Assembly: GCA_963662625.1 (NCBI GenBank)
Contig: OY759726.1
Coordinates: forward strand, 672,001 to 736,000
Reading direction: 5' to 3'
Source of the DNA: Nitrosopumilus sp.
GTDB lineage: Archaea > Thermoproteota > Nitrososphaeria > Nitrososphaerales > Nitrosopumilaceae
Length of the DNA: 64,000 nt
Shown here: piece after piece, positions 1-9,569 of the stretch
Position numbering within the stretch: position 1 is the first letter of the stretch
Layout: each line of letters starts with the position of its first letter
Made by a program: the position numbers and the translations under genes
Notes under the pieces: generated by a model
What the model saw: only the letters and a program-made list of their open reading frames with translations
What the model was told of the DNA's origin: nothing
The model's database searches: none

Positions 1-1027
1 TCCCGGGGGAGGTTATCCCGGCGGCCGTCCGCCGCGGGTCCCTCGTCATCACCTGGAGGTGCTCGGGGGCGAGCAGTTCCGCCAGGTCGGCCGCCGCCTT
101 TTGGGACCGGCACACCGCGACGAACCCGTTCTCCCTGAGGCTCTGCCTCACGATGTCCCCCCTCTCCACGCCCCCGGCAAGCCGCAGCAGCTCGCGCCTG
201 ACGGAGGACGCCAGCGACCGCGAGGAGGTGATCAGGAAGCACCTCGAGTCGCGGCCGTGCTCCGACTGGGAGACGAGGTCCAGCGCCACGTGCCTGGGGT
301 CGGCCGAGGCGTCCGCGATTATGCCCAGCTCGGTGGGGCCGGCCAGCATGTCGATGGCCGTGCGCCTGCTCGCGACCGACTTTGCGAGCGTCACGAAAGA
401 GCCACCCGGCCCAACGATCTTGTCCACCCTCGGTATCGACTCCGTCCCGACAGACAGCGCCGCGATGGCCTGCGCCCCGCCGGCCCGGTAGACCTCCGTC
501 GCGCCGCAGATGCTCGCGGCCACCGCGGTCAGCGGGTCGACCCCGCCGCCGGGGGCCGGCGGGGACACGACCGCTATGCGCCCCACGCCGGCCACCCTCG
601 CCGGGACGACCGACATCACGACGGAGCTCGCGTACCTCGCCAGGCCGCCGGGGACGTAGCACCCGGCGCTCCGGATCGGGACGAACCTCTTCGACACCCT
701 GACCCCGCCGGACGCGACGGACCTGTCCCTCAGGGACGACCTCACGGCCGACTCCGTCCTCTCCAGCCTGGCCTTTGCCAGCCTGATCGCCCCCACCTCC
801 TCCGGCGAGACCCTCCCGAACGCCTCCCTGATCTCGGCCCCGCCCACCGCCAGGGAGGGCGGCGCGGCCCCGGAGAACCTCCTCTCGTACCTGCGGACGG
901 CGGCGTCCCCGTCCCTCCGGACGTCCCTGAATATGGCCTCGACCAGCGCGGCGTCCCCGCGGGGCGCCCCCGCCGCCAGCTTCTCGGCGGCGGCCGCGAC
1001 GTCGGTGACCTCGATTGTCCTGATCAA
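1..1027 (-). CDS. hisD: Histidinol dehydrogenase (partial, runs off window start)
   Basis: Manual minus-strand translation from TTG at 1027 (overlapping the hisG stop): MIRTIEVTDV...GCYVPGGLARYASSVVM...VDKIVGPGGSFVTLAK...IDMLAGPTEL, typical HisD motifs. Not in the ORF track because there is no stop in the window. Confidence 0.93.
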   Translation of the reverse strand, partial: MIRTIEVTDVAAAAEKLAAGAPRGDAALVEAIFRDVRRDGDAAVRRYERRFSGAAPPSLAVGGAEIREAFGRVSPEEVGAIRLAKARLERTESAVRSSLRDRSVASGGVRVSKRFVPIRSAGCYVPGGLARYASSVVMSVVPARVAGVGRIAVVSPPAPGGGVDPLTAVAASICGATEVYRAGGAQAIAALSVGTESIPRVDKIVGPGGSFVTLAKSVASRRTAIDMLAGPTELGIIADASADPRHVALDLVSQSEHGRDSRCFLITSSRSLASSVRRELLRLAGGVERGDIVRQSLRENGFVAVCRSQKAAADLAELLAPEHLQVMTRDPRRTAAGITSPG

Positions 1028-2001
1028 TTCTCCTCGTCGCGCTTTATCTCCTCCAGCTCCAGTATCTGGCGCGGCTCGTGCACCACGAGCCCCTGCGCGA
1101 TCTTCCGCATGCGGGGGATGAGCTTGTGAAAGTCTTCTTTTCTTACCACGGTGTTCACGCCGTACCAGCCGTCCTCGCTCAGCGGGCTGACCGTCGGCCT
1201 CTTCAGGGACGGCACCTGCGCCAGGAGCCTGGCCAGGTTGGCCTCCCTCACGTTGAGGTATATGTGGAGGTACCTCCTCCCGCGCACCGCCCCCCTCATC
1301 AGCGTCACGATGTCGAAGATCTTCTCGCGCTTGGCTGGGTCCCCGAGGGAGCCGCGGTTGGCGATCAGGTGCGCCGTCGACGAGAGCACCTCGTCGGCTA
1401 TCCTGAGCTTGTTCTGCCTCAGCGTGGTCCCCGTCTCGGTCACGTCCATTATCGCGTCGGCGTCGTCGGGGGGCTTGGCCTCGGTGGCGCCAAACGACAG
1501 GTGGATCTGCACGGCCCTGTTGGTGCCCATCCTCTTCCACGGGGTGACGGTGAGCGGCTCCTTGGAGCCGTGGTACCTCTTGTAGGACTTTAGCTGCTTG
1601 AGGAACCTGGCCGCCGTCGTCAGGTACTCCGAGGATATGCGGAGCGTCTTCTTTTTTTTGCCATAGTCGGCGATCATGGAGTCGAGGTCGGCGTAGCGGT
1701 ACTTGTCGGGGAACGCCACCACCAGGCGGATCCGCCCGTACTCCAGGTCCAGCATCGGCGCGACGTCGGCCCCGGTCTCCGCGACCCAGTCCCTCCCGGT
1801 TATCCCCACGTCGTACAGGCCCTCGTGCACCAGCGTGGGGATCTCCTGCGGGCGCAGCATCTTGACTACTATGCCCGGGTCGTCGAGGAACACGCGGTAG
1901 GTCCTGCCCTTCCTGTTGACCCGGGTCCAGGACCTCTCGAGGATCCTGAAGGTGGCCTCCTCGAGGCTGCCCTTGGGGATCGCGAACTTTACCTGGGCCA
2001 T
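1024..2001 (-). CDS. hisG: ATP phosphoribosyltransferase (long form)
   Basis: FAIPKGSL, RPQEIP, DVGITGRD, GATEAKP, DVTETGTTL and C-terminal regulatory domain (PTVSPL); ATG at 2001. Confidence 0.95.
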   Translation of the reverse strand: MAQVKFAIPKGSLEEATFRILERSWTRVNRKGRTYRVFLDDPGIVVKMLRPQEIPTLVHEGLYDVGITGRDWVAETGADVAPMLDLEYGRIRLVVAFPDKYRYADLDSMIADYGKKKKTLRISSEYLTTAARFLKQLKSYKRYHGSKEPLTVTPWKRMGTNRAVQIHLSFGATEAKPPDDADAIMDVTETGTTLRQNKLRIADEVLSSTAHLIANRGSLGDPAKREKIFDIVTLMRGAVRGRRYLHIYLNVREANLARLLAQVPSLKRPTVSPLSEDGWYGVNTVVRKEDFHKLIPRMRKIAQGLVVHEPRQILELEEIKRDEEN

Positions 2002-2034
2002 CTCGTATCCATGGGGGCGGGCCATATAATATGT

Positions 2035-3288
<1,254 letters not shown>

Positions 3289-3289
3289 G

Positions 3290-4384
3290 CTACCTCACTA
3301 TCCTCAGCAGCTTGTCGTCCCTGCTGTCCGGGAAGCCCTTCCCGTCCGTGTTGGAGGTGATCACGTAGAGGCTCCCGTCGTCCCCGGACGCCACGTCCCT
3401 GACCCTTCCCGTGCCGCTGAGGATGGACTTTTGGGACGGCAGCCCCTCCTCAAAGTCCAGCTGGTACAGGTTCGCGGCGCGCAGCGACGCCATCACGAAC
3501 GGGGAGCCCAGGCCCAGCCTGTCCCCGGAGTAGTGCAGGATGCCGCCGGGCTCTATGCTGGGGTCGTAGCACAGGACCGCGTCCTCGAACCTGTCGTCGC
3601 CCCCGCACTCCTGCTCCGGCCACCCGTAGTTGCCCCCGGGCAGGACCAGGTTGATCTCGTCGTTCTTGTCGGGGCCGAGCTCCGCCAGGTACATGTTGCC
3701 GGCCGCGTCCCATGCCATCCCCTGCGGGTTCCTGTGGCCGTACGAGTACACCGGCGATCCCGGGAAGGGGTTGTCTGCGGGCACGCTCCCGTCCGGGTTG
3801 AGCCGCAGCACCTTTCCCGATAGCGAGCCGAGGTCCTGCGGCATGTGCGAGGAGTCCGAGACGCTCCCCGTGCCCACGTACAGCTTCCCGTCGGGGCCGA
3901 ACTTCAAGAACCCCCCGTTGGAGAAGGCCGAGCCCGGGATCCCGTCAAACACGGTGCTGGCGCCTGCCAGCCTGTTCCCGGACTCCGTGATGCGCAGCAC
4001 CTTGTTCCAGAGGCCGCCGCCCTCCTCGTACGTGAGGAACACGTAGATGAAGTGGTTCGATGAAAAGTCGGGATCCAGCGCCACCCCCAGCAGCCCCCCG
4101 TCGAAGACGTCGGCCGGGCGCAGGGTCGCCAGCGGCTCCTCGAGGAGGATGCCGCCCTGGACCACCCTGATGGTGCCGCCCTTCTCCGTGACGAAGACCC
4201 TGTCCCCGGACACGGCTATGGACCTCGGGCGGGAGAGGTTTTCTGCCAGGACCTCCACGGGGCCGCCCCCCGGCCCCCCCGGCCCGGGTTCGGGCAGCGG
4301 GATGGGGTCGTCCGGGGAGCTGAGCACTAGGATGGAGAACGTCACGCCTGCGGCGATCGCCCCGATGCTGAGTCTCTTGTCCAC
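3290..4384 (-). CDS. PQQ-dependent sugar (glucose/sorbosone) dehydrogenase family, membrane-anchored
   Basis: GGLLGVALDPDF, FGPDGKLYV, YSYGHRNPQG, DEINLVLPGGNYGWP; N-terminal hydrophobic anchor; probable GTG start at 4384. Confidence 0.88.
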   Translation of the reverse strand: MDKRLSIGAIAAGVTFSILVLSSPDDPIPLPEPGPGGPGGGPVEVLAENLSRPRSIAVSGDRVFVTEKGGTIRVVQGGILLEEPLATLRPADVFDGGLLGVALDPDFSSNHFIYVFLTYEEGGGLWNKVLRITESGNRLAGASTVFDGIPGSAFSNGGFLKFGPDGKLYVGTGSVSDSSHMPQDLGSLSGKVLRLNPDGSVPADNPFPGSPVYSYGHRNPQGMAWDAAGNMYLAELGPDKNDEINLVLPGGNYGWPEQECGGDDRFEDAVLCYDPSIEPGGILHYSGDRLGLGSPFVMASLRAANLYQLDFEEGLPSQKSILSGTGRVRDVASGDDGSLYVITSNTDGKGFPDSRDDKLLRIVR

Positions 4385-4514
4385 GCAGGTATGGTCGCGC
4401 CGGATCCTATTAATTACTTTCAGGCCCAGCGGCCTGCCGCGTGACCGGGTTCCCGGGCACGGAAAGGCAGCCCCGGGGGCCGGTACGGGCGGGGCCGCGC
4501 GGCAGGCCGGGCCC

Positions 4515-5760
4515 CAGTTAAGCGAAAAGTAGACCAAATAGTCAACTCTCGCAATTCCAAACAGATCAACAGGGGATGGGCCCCGACAAGACTTGAATTG
4601 TCTCGAAACAAGACCCGCCAGGGCCGCGACATGGTGAACGACCCCCGCCTATATCAGGGTGTCGTCTCCGGCATGCGCGGGTTCCTGGCCCCGCTCATGC
4701 GGCCAGCGGGCCGCAACGCCGTGTTCGGAGTGGACGCCCTCAACCGGGGCATGCTTGGGGCCGCGCTCCGGGACTCGTCGGTCGGGGGGTGCGCCAACGC
4801 GGCCAAGGCCGTGCACGGCAGGGCGGCCCCCTCGGACAGGTGGTTCGCCTCGGCGCTCAGGGGGGCAGGCGGCGCCGGGATCCAGGATGCCCTCGGCGGC
4901 GCCGTGGGGAGGCAGGCGGCCGCGCTCAAAAAGGCCGGAAGGCTGCCCCGCAAGCCCTCCATCGCCATCGACATGCACCTGATACCGCGCTACGATTCCG
5001 CGCCGGGGCCCGGGCTGACCCGCTCCAGGAGCAAGAACGGGACCAAGCTGTTCGAGAGGTACATCACGGTCCAGTGCGTCGGGGGCAGGTACCCGCTGGT
5101 TTTGGGCGCGTACCGCGTGAACATGTTCGATTCCGTGCCTGGTTTCGTCGAAAAGGCGCTGCGGTCGGTACGGGACGCCGGAATCGGGCCCGGCCTCGTC
5201 CTGCTGGACAGGGAGTTCTTCACGGTGGAGACGATCAGGGCGCTGGACAGGGCCCGCGTCGGGTACCTCATGCCGTGCAGGAACACCGGCAACGTGGTGG
5301 CCGCGCTGCGGGAGTTCGCGCGCAACGCCAGGCCCGGCGTGTCCCCGGTGACGATCGAGGGGCGGAACTCCGCGGGGTACCACATCAAGATCGAGGAGAG
5401 GAAGAAGTGCGACGATCCCTCCGTCCCCGAGGAGCGGTACATCGGGTTTGCGACCAACCGCCCCGCAGCCAGCGCAAGGGGGTACCCGCGCAGGTGGGGC
5501 ATCGAGACGTCGTACAGGGTTATAGAGTCCATGAGGGCCAAGACCAGGGTCGCCGACGAGGGGGCCCGCATGCTGTGCTTCTACTACTCGCTGCTGGCGT
5601 ACAACGAGTGGGTGGTGGTGCGGGCCGTCCTTTCTGGAAGGGGTTGCAGGAACGGCGTGATGACCCAGCGGGCGTTCGCCTACCAGTTGGAGTCGGCCCG
5701 GATACTGGAGCCCAAGCCCCCGCCATGAGGGGGCAGGATCGGGTACATTTCGCTTAACTG
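4515..5760 (+). mobile_element. ISH3-family (IS4-like) insertion sequence
   Basis: TIRs CAGTTAAGCGAAAAGTA (4515-4531) and TACATTTCGCTTAACTG (5744-5760); 5-bp direct repeat GGCCC on both sides (4510-4514, 5761-5765). Confidence 0.88.
4598..5728 (+). CDS. DDE transposase (ISH3/IS4-like)
   Basis: IAIDMH, LLDREFF, YPRRWGIETSYR (Y-2-R-3-E signature). Start uncertain. Confidence 0.88.
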   Translation: MSRNKTRQGRDMVNDPRLYQGVVSGMRGFLAPLMRPAGRNAVFGVDALNRGMLGAALRDSSVGGCANAAKAVHGRAAPSDRWFASALRGAGGAGIQDALGGAVGRQAAALKKAGRLPRKPSIAIDMHLIPRYDSAPGPGLTRSRSKNGTKLFERYITVQCVGGRYPLVLGAYRVNMFDSVPGFVEKALRSVRDAGIGPGLVLLDREFFTVETIRALDRARVGYLMPCRNTGNVVAALREFARNARPGVSPVTIEGRNSAGYHIKIEERKKCDDPSVPEERYIGFATNRPAASARGYPRRWGIETSYRVIESMRAKTRVADEGARMLCFYYSLLAYNEWVVVRAVLSGRGCRNGVMTQRAFAYQLESARILEPKPPP

Positions 5761-5805
5761 GGCCCTTGGGAAAGCGTATTATACGGCCCGGATCCATGTA
5801 GGGTC

Positions 5806-5895
5806 AGCGGGGTGGGGAAGTCAGGCCATTTGGGACTAGGTCATCCCGGCGGGCTCATAACCCGCAAATCAGTAGTTCAAATCTACTCCCCGCTA
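5806..5895 (+). tRNA. tRNA-Met(CAT), initiator type, with 15-nt D-loop intron (5825-5839)
   Basis: Acceptor stem AGCGGGG/CCCCGCT (A1-U72), anticodon arm GCGGG-CTCATAA-CCCGC with three G-C pairs, T-loop TTCAAAT; BHB motif AGTC-AGG...GACT-AGG; TATA-like TATTATA at 5777-5783. Confidence 0.93.
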
Positions 5896-5896
5896 C

Positions 5897-7216
5897 TCAT
5901 CGTCCATACCTGCACAGCCACGGCAGCGACTCGCTGAAGGCGGGCTCCGGGTTGATCCGCCCCGCCCTCTGGGCCGGCCGCGACAGGTGCCTGTGGGCGG
6001 AGATCTCCGGCAGGTACAGCCGCCTCTCGAGCCTCCTGGGGACCACCAGGGTCCGCCTCTCGGCCGACCTCGCCCCGCACCTGGCGCACCGGTACCCCTG
6101 GCCTGCCCCCTTGGACTTCATCGACTTTGAGCACCTCCCGCAGAGGGGGTTGGAGCTTACCTCGTTCCTCGCCAGTGAGAGGACCTCCATGGACTCGACG
6201 TTGAGCACGCGGGGGAAGTTCCGCGACGCCCTGCGGACCCCGCCCCCGACGCGGATCCTGTCGCCCGGGATCAGCCCCATGGCCGCCTGCGCCATCCCGG
6301 TGGGCCTGTATACGGCGCACCCGAACCGCCCGCCCTCAAGCGAGATCGTGAAGAACGCGTGCCCGCCCCGGGCCGTCCTCGGCCCGGCCGCCACGGTGCC
6401 GGTGAGCGTCCCCGACGCGTAGGGCCTCAGGTCGGCGGGCCCGAGGCGGTTCTTCAGGTGGTCCCCCGTGCCCTGGTTGGACTGGAAGATCATGTGGCCG
6501 TCCAGCCTCTCGCCGGCCTCCAGCGTCCCCGCCGCGCGCAGCAGTGAGGGGGCGCTCTCCCCGCGGATGCCGCAGAAGACAGGGTCGGGCCCGCGGGGCG
6601 TGATGAGCACCCTGCGCCTTTTCTCGTCAAAGCTGCAGAAGGTGTCCGGGTTCTCCTCCTGCATGCGCCGCACGCTCCGGGCGGACACCGCGCGCCTTTT
6701 CCCGAACATCCGCCGCCTCCTGTAGCTCAGCAGCTCCAGTGTGTGGTCGCCAAAGCGGTAGCCCACCGCGCCTATCGCCCCGACCAGCCCCTGGCCGTTC
6801 CCCCGGAAAGAAAAGTCCAGGCCGTGCTCTGCGGCGAGCCTCCTCGCCTTCCCCCGGCCGACCAGCTGCCACAGCGCAAGCTCGCTGAACCTGGCAAGCG
6901 CGTCGGGGACGTCCAGGCCCTCGAGGAAGACGAGTCCGGGGTTGGCGCCGTTGGGCGTGTCGGAGTACCTCTCCACGAGCCCCCTCACCTGGTCCTTGGC
7001 ATCCGACGGGCTGGCGGTCCTGACCTTCAGCGCGACCGCCCCGTTGCCGCGGGTCTTCCAGGGTATGTTGGGGTTGAGCCTCACCAGCCTGGGAAAGCCG
7101 AGGAACTCCGCGCCCCGCTCCCTGAGCCGGCCTGCGATCTTGTATGCGAGGAACGTGGTGCACATCCCCTCCGGGGAGTCGGTGTCGTCGATGCCTATGT
7201 GGAGCGTGGCGTCCAT
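5897..7216 (-). CDS. tiaS: tRNA(Ile2) agmatinylcytidine synthase
   Basis: HIGIDDTDSPEGMCTT, PRLVRLNPNIPWKTRGNGAV, PRGPDPV, SNQGTGDH, C-terminal CxxC...CxxC zinc ribbon. Confidence 0.93.
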   Translation of the reverse strand: MDATLHIGIDDTDSPEGMCTTFLAYKIAGRLRERGAEFLGFPRLVRLNPNIPWKTRGNGAVALKVRTASPSDAKDQVRGLVERYSDTPNGANPGLVFLEGLDVPDALARFSELALWQLVGRGKARRLAAEHGLDFSFRGNGQGLVGAIGAVGYRFGDHTLELLSYRRRRMFGKRRAVSARSVRRMQEENPDTFCSFDEKRRRVLITPRGPDPVFCGIRGESAPSLLRAAGTLEAGERLDGHMIFQSNQGTGDHLKNRLGPADLRPYASGTLTGTVAAGPRTARGGHAFFTISLEGGRFGCAVYRPTGMAQAAMGLIPGDRIRVGGGVRRASRNFPRVLNVESMEVLSLARNEVSSNPLCGRCSKSMKSKGAGQGYRCARCGARSAERRTLVVPRRLERRLYLPEISAHRHLSRPAQRAGRINPEPAFSESLPWLCRYGR

Positions 7217-7297
7217 CACCACGTGGCGGGGCCCGGCACTTTTAGTTGTTTGACCCGCAGTTGGTTTAAATTGTTACCGGGGCCCTCCTAGGGCGGG

Positions 7298-8293
7298 TTG
7301 ATTGTCATAGACGAGGAGAGGATCTTCGAGGAGATCCGGGCCAGGAAGGCCGTGTCGGTCTCCCTGAACGGCCCGGACGGCATCCTGCCCAAGGTCCAGG
7401 AGACCGCGGTGAGGATCACCGAGAGGTTCGGCATCCCGGCCTTCGTCCTGGCCGACACGACGTGGGGGACGTGCGACCTGAACTCTGCCGGCTCGAGGGT
7501 GCTGGGCGCCGAGGTCCACTTCAACATAGGGCACACGATCAACACCGGCACCATGGGGGACGGCGTGGTGCTGGTGGACGCGTTTGACGACGTGGGCTTT
7601 GACGCCGTCGCCAGAAAGTGCGCCTCGGAGCTGGGGGAGAGGAGGGTGTCCCTGGTCACGGACAGCCAGCACCTCCGCCAGGTGGACGGCGTGAGGGCGA
7701 TCCTGGAGGGCGCCGGGATGGACGTCACGGTGGGCAGGGGCAGGGGGCAGCTGAACGACGGGCAGGTGTTCGGGTGCGAGTTCTACCCGGCGACGGGGCT
7801 GAAGGACGTGGTGGACGCCTACGTGTTCCTGGGCCAGAGCAACTTCCACGCGGCCGGGATCGCGCTGTCCACTGGCAAGCCGACGTACGTGCTGGACCCG
7901 TACTTTAACGAGGTCCGCGAGGTCACGGAGTTTGCCCTGAAGCTGAAAAAAAAGGCCACCATGGCAGTCTACAGGGCGGCCGGCGCCCGGACGTTCGGGG
8001 TCATCGTGGGGCTCAAGGAGGGGCAGCTGTCCAAGGTGTTCGCGCTGAAGTTCAAGAAGGAGCTGGAGAGGCGCGGGAAGGACGTCCAGCTGTTCGCGCT
8101 GACCGACATCACGAACGAGAGGCTGCGGAACCTGAAGGGGATCGACGCATTCGTCCAGGTGGCCTGCCCGAGGATCTCGACGGACAACCGGTTCGACATG
8201 CCCGTGCTGTCGACCCCGCAGGCAAACGCGCTGCTGAAGATCCTCGACGGGGAGGGCATAGAGGGGTACCTCGAGGCGCCCCACTGGCTTTGA
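7298..8293 (+). CDS. dph2: Diphthamide biosynthesis radical-SAM enzyme Dph2
   Basis: WGTCD, GQVFGC, ACPRIS (three Cys ligands), SNFHAAG. Confidence 0.92.
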   Translation: MIVIDEERIFEEIRARKAVSVSLNGPDGILPKVQETAVRITERFGIPAFVLADTTWGTCDLNSAGSRVLGAEVHFNIGHTINTGTMGDGVVLVDAFDDVGFDAVARKCASELGERRVSLVTDSQHLRQVDGVRAILEGAGMDVTVGRGRGQLNDGQVFGCEFYPATGLKDVVDAYVFLGQSNFHAAGIALSTGKPTYVLDPYFNEVREVTEFALKLKKKATMAVYRAAGARTFGVIVGLKEGQLSKVFALKFKKELERRGKDVQLFALTDITNERLRNLKGIDAFVQVACPRISTDNRFDMPVLSTPQANALLKILDGEGIEGYLEAPHWL

Positions 8294-8302
8294 GGCGCCC
8301 CG

Positions 8303-9373
8303 TCACGGCCTCAGCAGGATCTTCCCGAAGAGCCCCCTGCCCCCGAGCATCCTCGCGTGCGCCGCCGCCGCCTCCTCTAGGGGGTAGGCGGAGTCTATGA
8401 CCGATCTTATCCTGCCCCGGGACATCCAGCGGAGGCCCTGTTCCAGTTCTGCCCGCGTGCCCTGTGTCGAGCCCAGGATGTTGATCCCCTTGAAGAAGAC
8501 CTGCCTGAGATCCGTCCGCGTGTCATACCCCGTGGTGGCCCCGGTGGTGACGACCGTCGCGCCGTACTTTAACAGGGCCAGCTCCCTGTTCCAGTGCGAT
8601 CCCCCGATGTGCTCGAATATGACGTCCACCCCGGGCACGCCGCCCCAGGGTTCCGGGACTCCCCTGGCGATGGCCCGGACCTCCCCGTCCCAGCCATCCC
8701 TCCTGTGGTCCACGGCATGGTCGGCCCCGAGCTCCAGCAGCCTGTCCAGCTTGTCGCCGCTCGCGGTGGCGATCACGGTGCACCCGAACAGCTTTGCGAT
8801 CTGGATCCCGTAGTTCCCGACGCCCGAGCCCCCTCCCATCACCAGCACCAGCTGGCCCGGCCGGATCCCCGCCCTGCCCACCAGCATGTGCCACGAGGTG
8901 AGGAGCGTCATGGACGCGGCGGCCGCGTCCTCGTGCGAGACGTTGTCCGGGAGTTTGACCACGTTGGGTTCTGGCAGGTGGGCCAGCTCGCAGTACCCTC
9001 CCCACAGCGGGCCGGTCTCGAACCCCCAGATCCTCCGGCTCCTGCAGTCGTATTCGCGGCCGCCGGTGCACGCCTTGCAGGTCCTGCACGACAGGTTTCC
9101 GTGGGAGACCACCCGGTCGCCGACGCGCACGTCCCTTACCTCGTCGCCCACGGCGGTCACCGTGCCCGCCGCGTCGGTGCCCGAAACGTGGGGCAGCGGG
9201 ATCGCCAGCGGCTTTCCCCTCATCCCCCATATGTCGTCATAGTTCAGGGCCGCTGCCCTCACCCTGAAGACGACCTCGTCGGGCTTTGGGACCGGCTCGG
9301 GGATGTCCTTGATCTGCAGGATCTTGCCAAAGTCGTCGTCCGTGGCGTACTTTTCATATACCAGGGCCCTCAT
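8303..9373 (-). CDS. Zn-binding medium-chain alcohol dehydrogenase/reductase
   Basis: PHVSGTDAAG, structural Zn CRTCKAC...C, GGGSGVG nucleotide-binding motif. Confidence 0.9.
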   Translation of the reverse strand: MRALVYEKYATDDDFGKILQIKDIPEPVPKPDEVVFRVRAAALNYDDIWGMRGKPLAIPLPHVSGTDAAGTVTAVGDEVRDVRVGDRVVSHGNLSCRTCKACTGGREYDCRSRRIWGFETGPLWGGYCELAHLPEPNVVKLPDNVSHEDAAAASMTLLTSWHMLVGRAGIRPGQLVLVMGGGSGVGNYGIQIAKLFGCTVIATASGDKLDRLLELGADHAVDHRRDGWDGEVRAIARGVPEPWGGVPGVDVIFEHIGGSHWNRELALLKYGATVVTTGATTGYDTRTDLRQVFFKGINILGSTQGTRAELEQGLRWMSRGRIRSVIDSAYPLEEAAAAHARMLGGRGLFGKILLRP

Positions 9374-9569
9374 GGTTTTGTGCGGTTCTTTCTCTAGTTA
9401 TATGAGCTTCGGGCGCGGTTAGCCGTACAAAGTTCGGGTCGGATTCAGCATGGCGGGGAGCGCTGGCCGCGGTTTAGCGCGTGTCAGAGAACAGGACGGC
9501 GCGGGGGTGTCCGGGTTGTGGTTGCATGCAAAAGCGACGGGGGGTGGCCCGCCGGGCCCCGTGGGGTGC

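Noticed and set aside
59-1129. 356-aa plus-strand ORF and many similar long Arg/Pro/Gly-rich ORFs (e.g. 1825-3018, 9450-11126, 57904-59403)
   Set aside because: Antisense or off-frame shadows of real high-GC genes; no motifs.
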